Assembly (NCBI GenBank): GCA_030390025.1
Contig: CM059442.1
Span: 68,758,001-68,822,000 of the forward strand
Direction: 5' to 3'
Source: Squalus acanthias
Lineage: Eukaryota
Length of the DNA: 64,000 nt
Part shown: piece by piece, positions 62,812 through 64,000 of the stretch
How the letters are laid out: each line of letters starts with the position of its first letter
Position numbering within the stretch: the stretch's first letter is position 1
The notes under the pieces: generated by a model
Database searches by the model: none
The model's input: the letters and a program-made list of their open reading frames with translations, nothing else
What the model was told of the DNA's origin: nothing
Program-made: the position numbers and the translations under genes

Positions 62812-63890
62812 AGAACATAAGAATTAGGAGCAGGAGTCGGCCATACGGCCCCTCGAGCCTGCTCCGCCATTCAATAAGATCATAAGAACATAAGAAATAG
62901 GAGCAGGAGTAGGCCAATCGGCCCTTCGAGCCTGCTCCGCCATTCAATAAGATTATGGCTGATCTGATCCTCACCTCAAATCTAAAGAACACAAGAAGTA
63001 GGAGCAGGACCCGGCCACTCAGCCCCTGGGCCCGCTCCGCCACCCACAGGGCCTCGACCGATCCGAACTCAGCCTCATGTCCAATTTGCTGCCCGCTCCC
63101 CGTAACCCCTAATTCCCTTTACTTCTAGGAAACTGTCTATTTCTGTTTTAAATTTATTTAATGATGTAGCTTCCACAGCTTCCTGGGGCAGCAAATTCCA
63201 CAGACCTACTACCCTCTGAGTGAAGAAATTTCTCCTCATCTCAGTTTTGAAAGAGCAGCCCCTTATTCTAAGATTATGCCCCCTAGTTCTAGTTTCACCC
63301 ATCCTTGGGAACATCCTTACCGCATCCACCCGATCCAACCCCTTCACAATCTTATATGTTTCAATAAGATCGCTTCTCACTCTTCTGAACTCCAATGAGT
63401 AGAGTCCCAATCTACTCAACCTTTCCTCATATGTCCACCCCCTCATCCCCGGGATTAACCGAGTGAACCTTCTTTGTACTGCCTCGAGAGCAAGTATGTC
63501 TTTTCTTAAGTATGGACACCAAAACTGTATGCAGTATTCCAGATGCGGTCTCACCAATACCTTATATAACTGCAGCAATCATGGCTTATCTTCTACCTCA
63601 ACTCCACTTTCCCGCCCGATCTCCATATCCCTCGCCTCCCCTCGAGTCCAAAAATCTATCTATCTCAGCCTTGAATATACTCAATGATTCAGCATCCACA
63701 GCCCTTTGGGGCAGAGAATTCCAAAGATTCACATCAAAGAGTGAAAAAATTCCTCCTCGTCTCAGTCTTAAATGGCCGACCCCTTATCCCGAGTCTATGC
63801 CCTCTGGTTCTAGACACTCCAGCCAGGAGAAACAACCTCTCAGCATCTACCCTGTCAATCCCCCTCAGAATCTCGTTTGTTGTATGTTTC
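62812..63890 (-). mobile_element. Stacked CR1 3' ends (three tandem tails plus a further 3' fragment)
   Basis: 167-aa open CR1 ORF2 C-terminus at 63075-63578; tail aagaacataagaaWtaggagcagga starts near 62812, 62885 and 62985. Confidence 0.92.
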
Positions 63891-64000
63891 AATGAGACAT
63901 GCAGCCAGAACAGAAATTGAATCAAATGTTGTTTAGTAATGTCCTAAGTACTCGGCTGAATTTTAACAGTCACTGCTGTGAAGAATTTGATTGTTCTCAG

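Overview
Eukaryotic (vertebrate) genomic DNA. The repeat content (HE1/V-SINE-like, Deu-domain SacSINE1-like SINEs, CR1/HER1-like LINEs) points to a cartilaginous fish. The right two-thirds hold the 5' part of RBBP6 on the + strand: 14 coding exons from ATG 22277 to 62107, encoding DWNN, zinc knuckle, PSR, RING and Pro-rich regions. The gene continues beyond the window. Its CpG-island promoter (about 20450-21300) contains a ~77-bp tandem repeat with five TGATTGACAG (PBX/PREP-type) decamers and appears bidirectional, with a putative spliced, mostly non-coding transcript running leftward on the - strand. Most notable points: (1) an apparently conserved DWNN-only intronic-polyadenylation isoform; (2) two candidate unannotated in-frame exons or an internal promoter in intron 3; (3) a 1-bp frameshift in the last visible exon, probably an assembly error; (4) a pre-miRNA-like hairpin filling a short intron of the antisense transcript; (5) a possible ancient ND6 NUMT between two LINE fragments; (6) several MITE families with clear TIRs/TSDs. 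Family names and comparisons to human RBBP6 are from recalled knowledge, not database searches.
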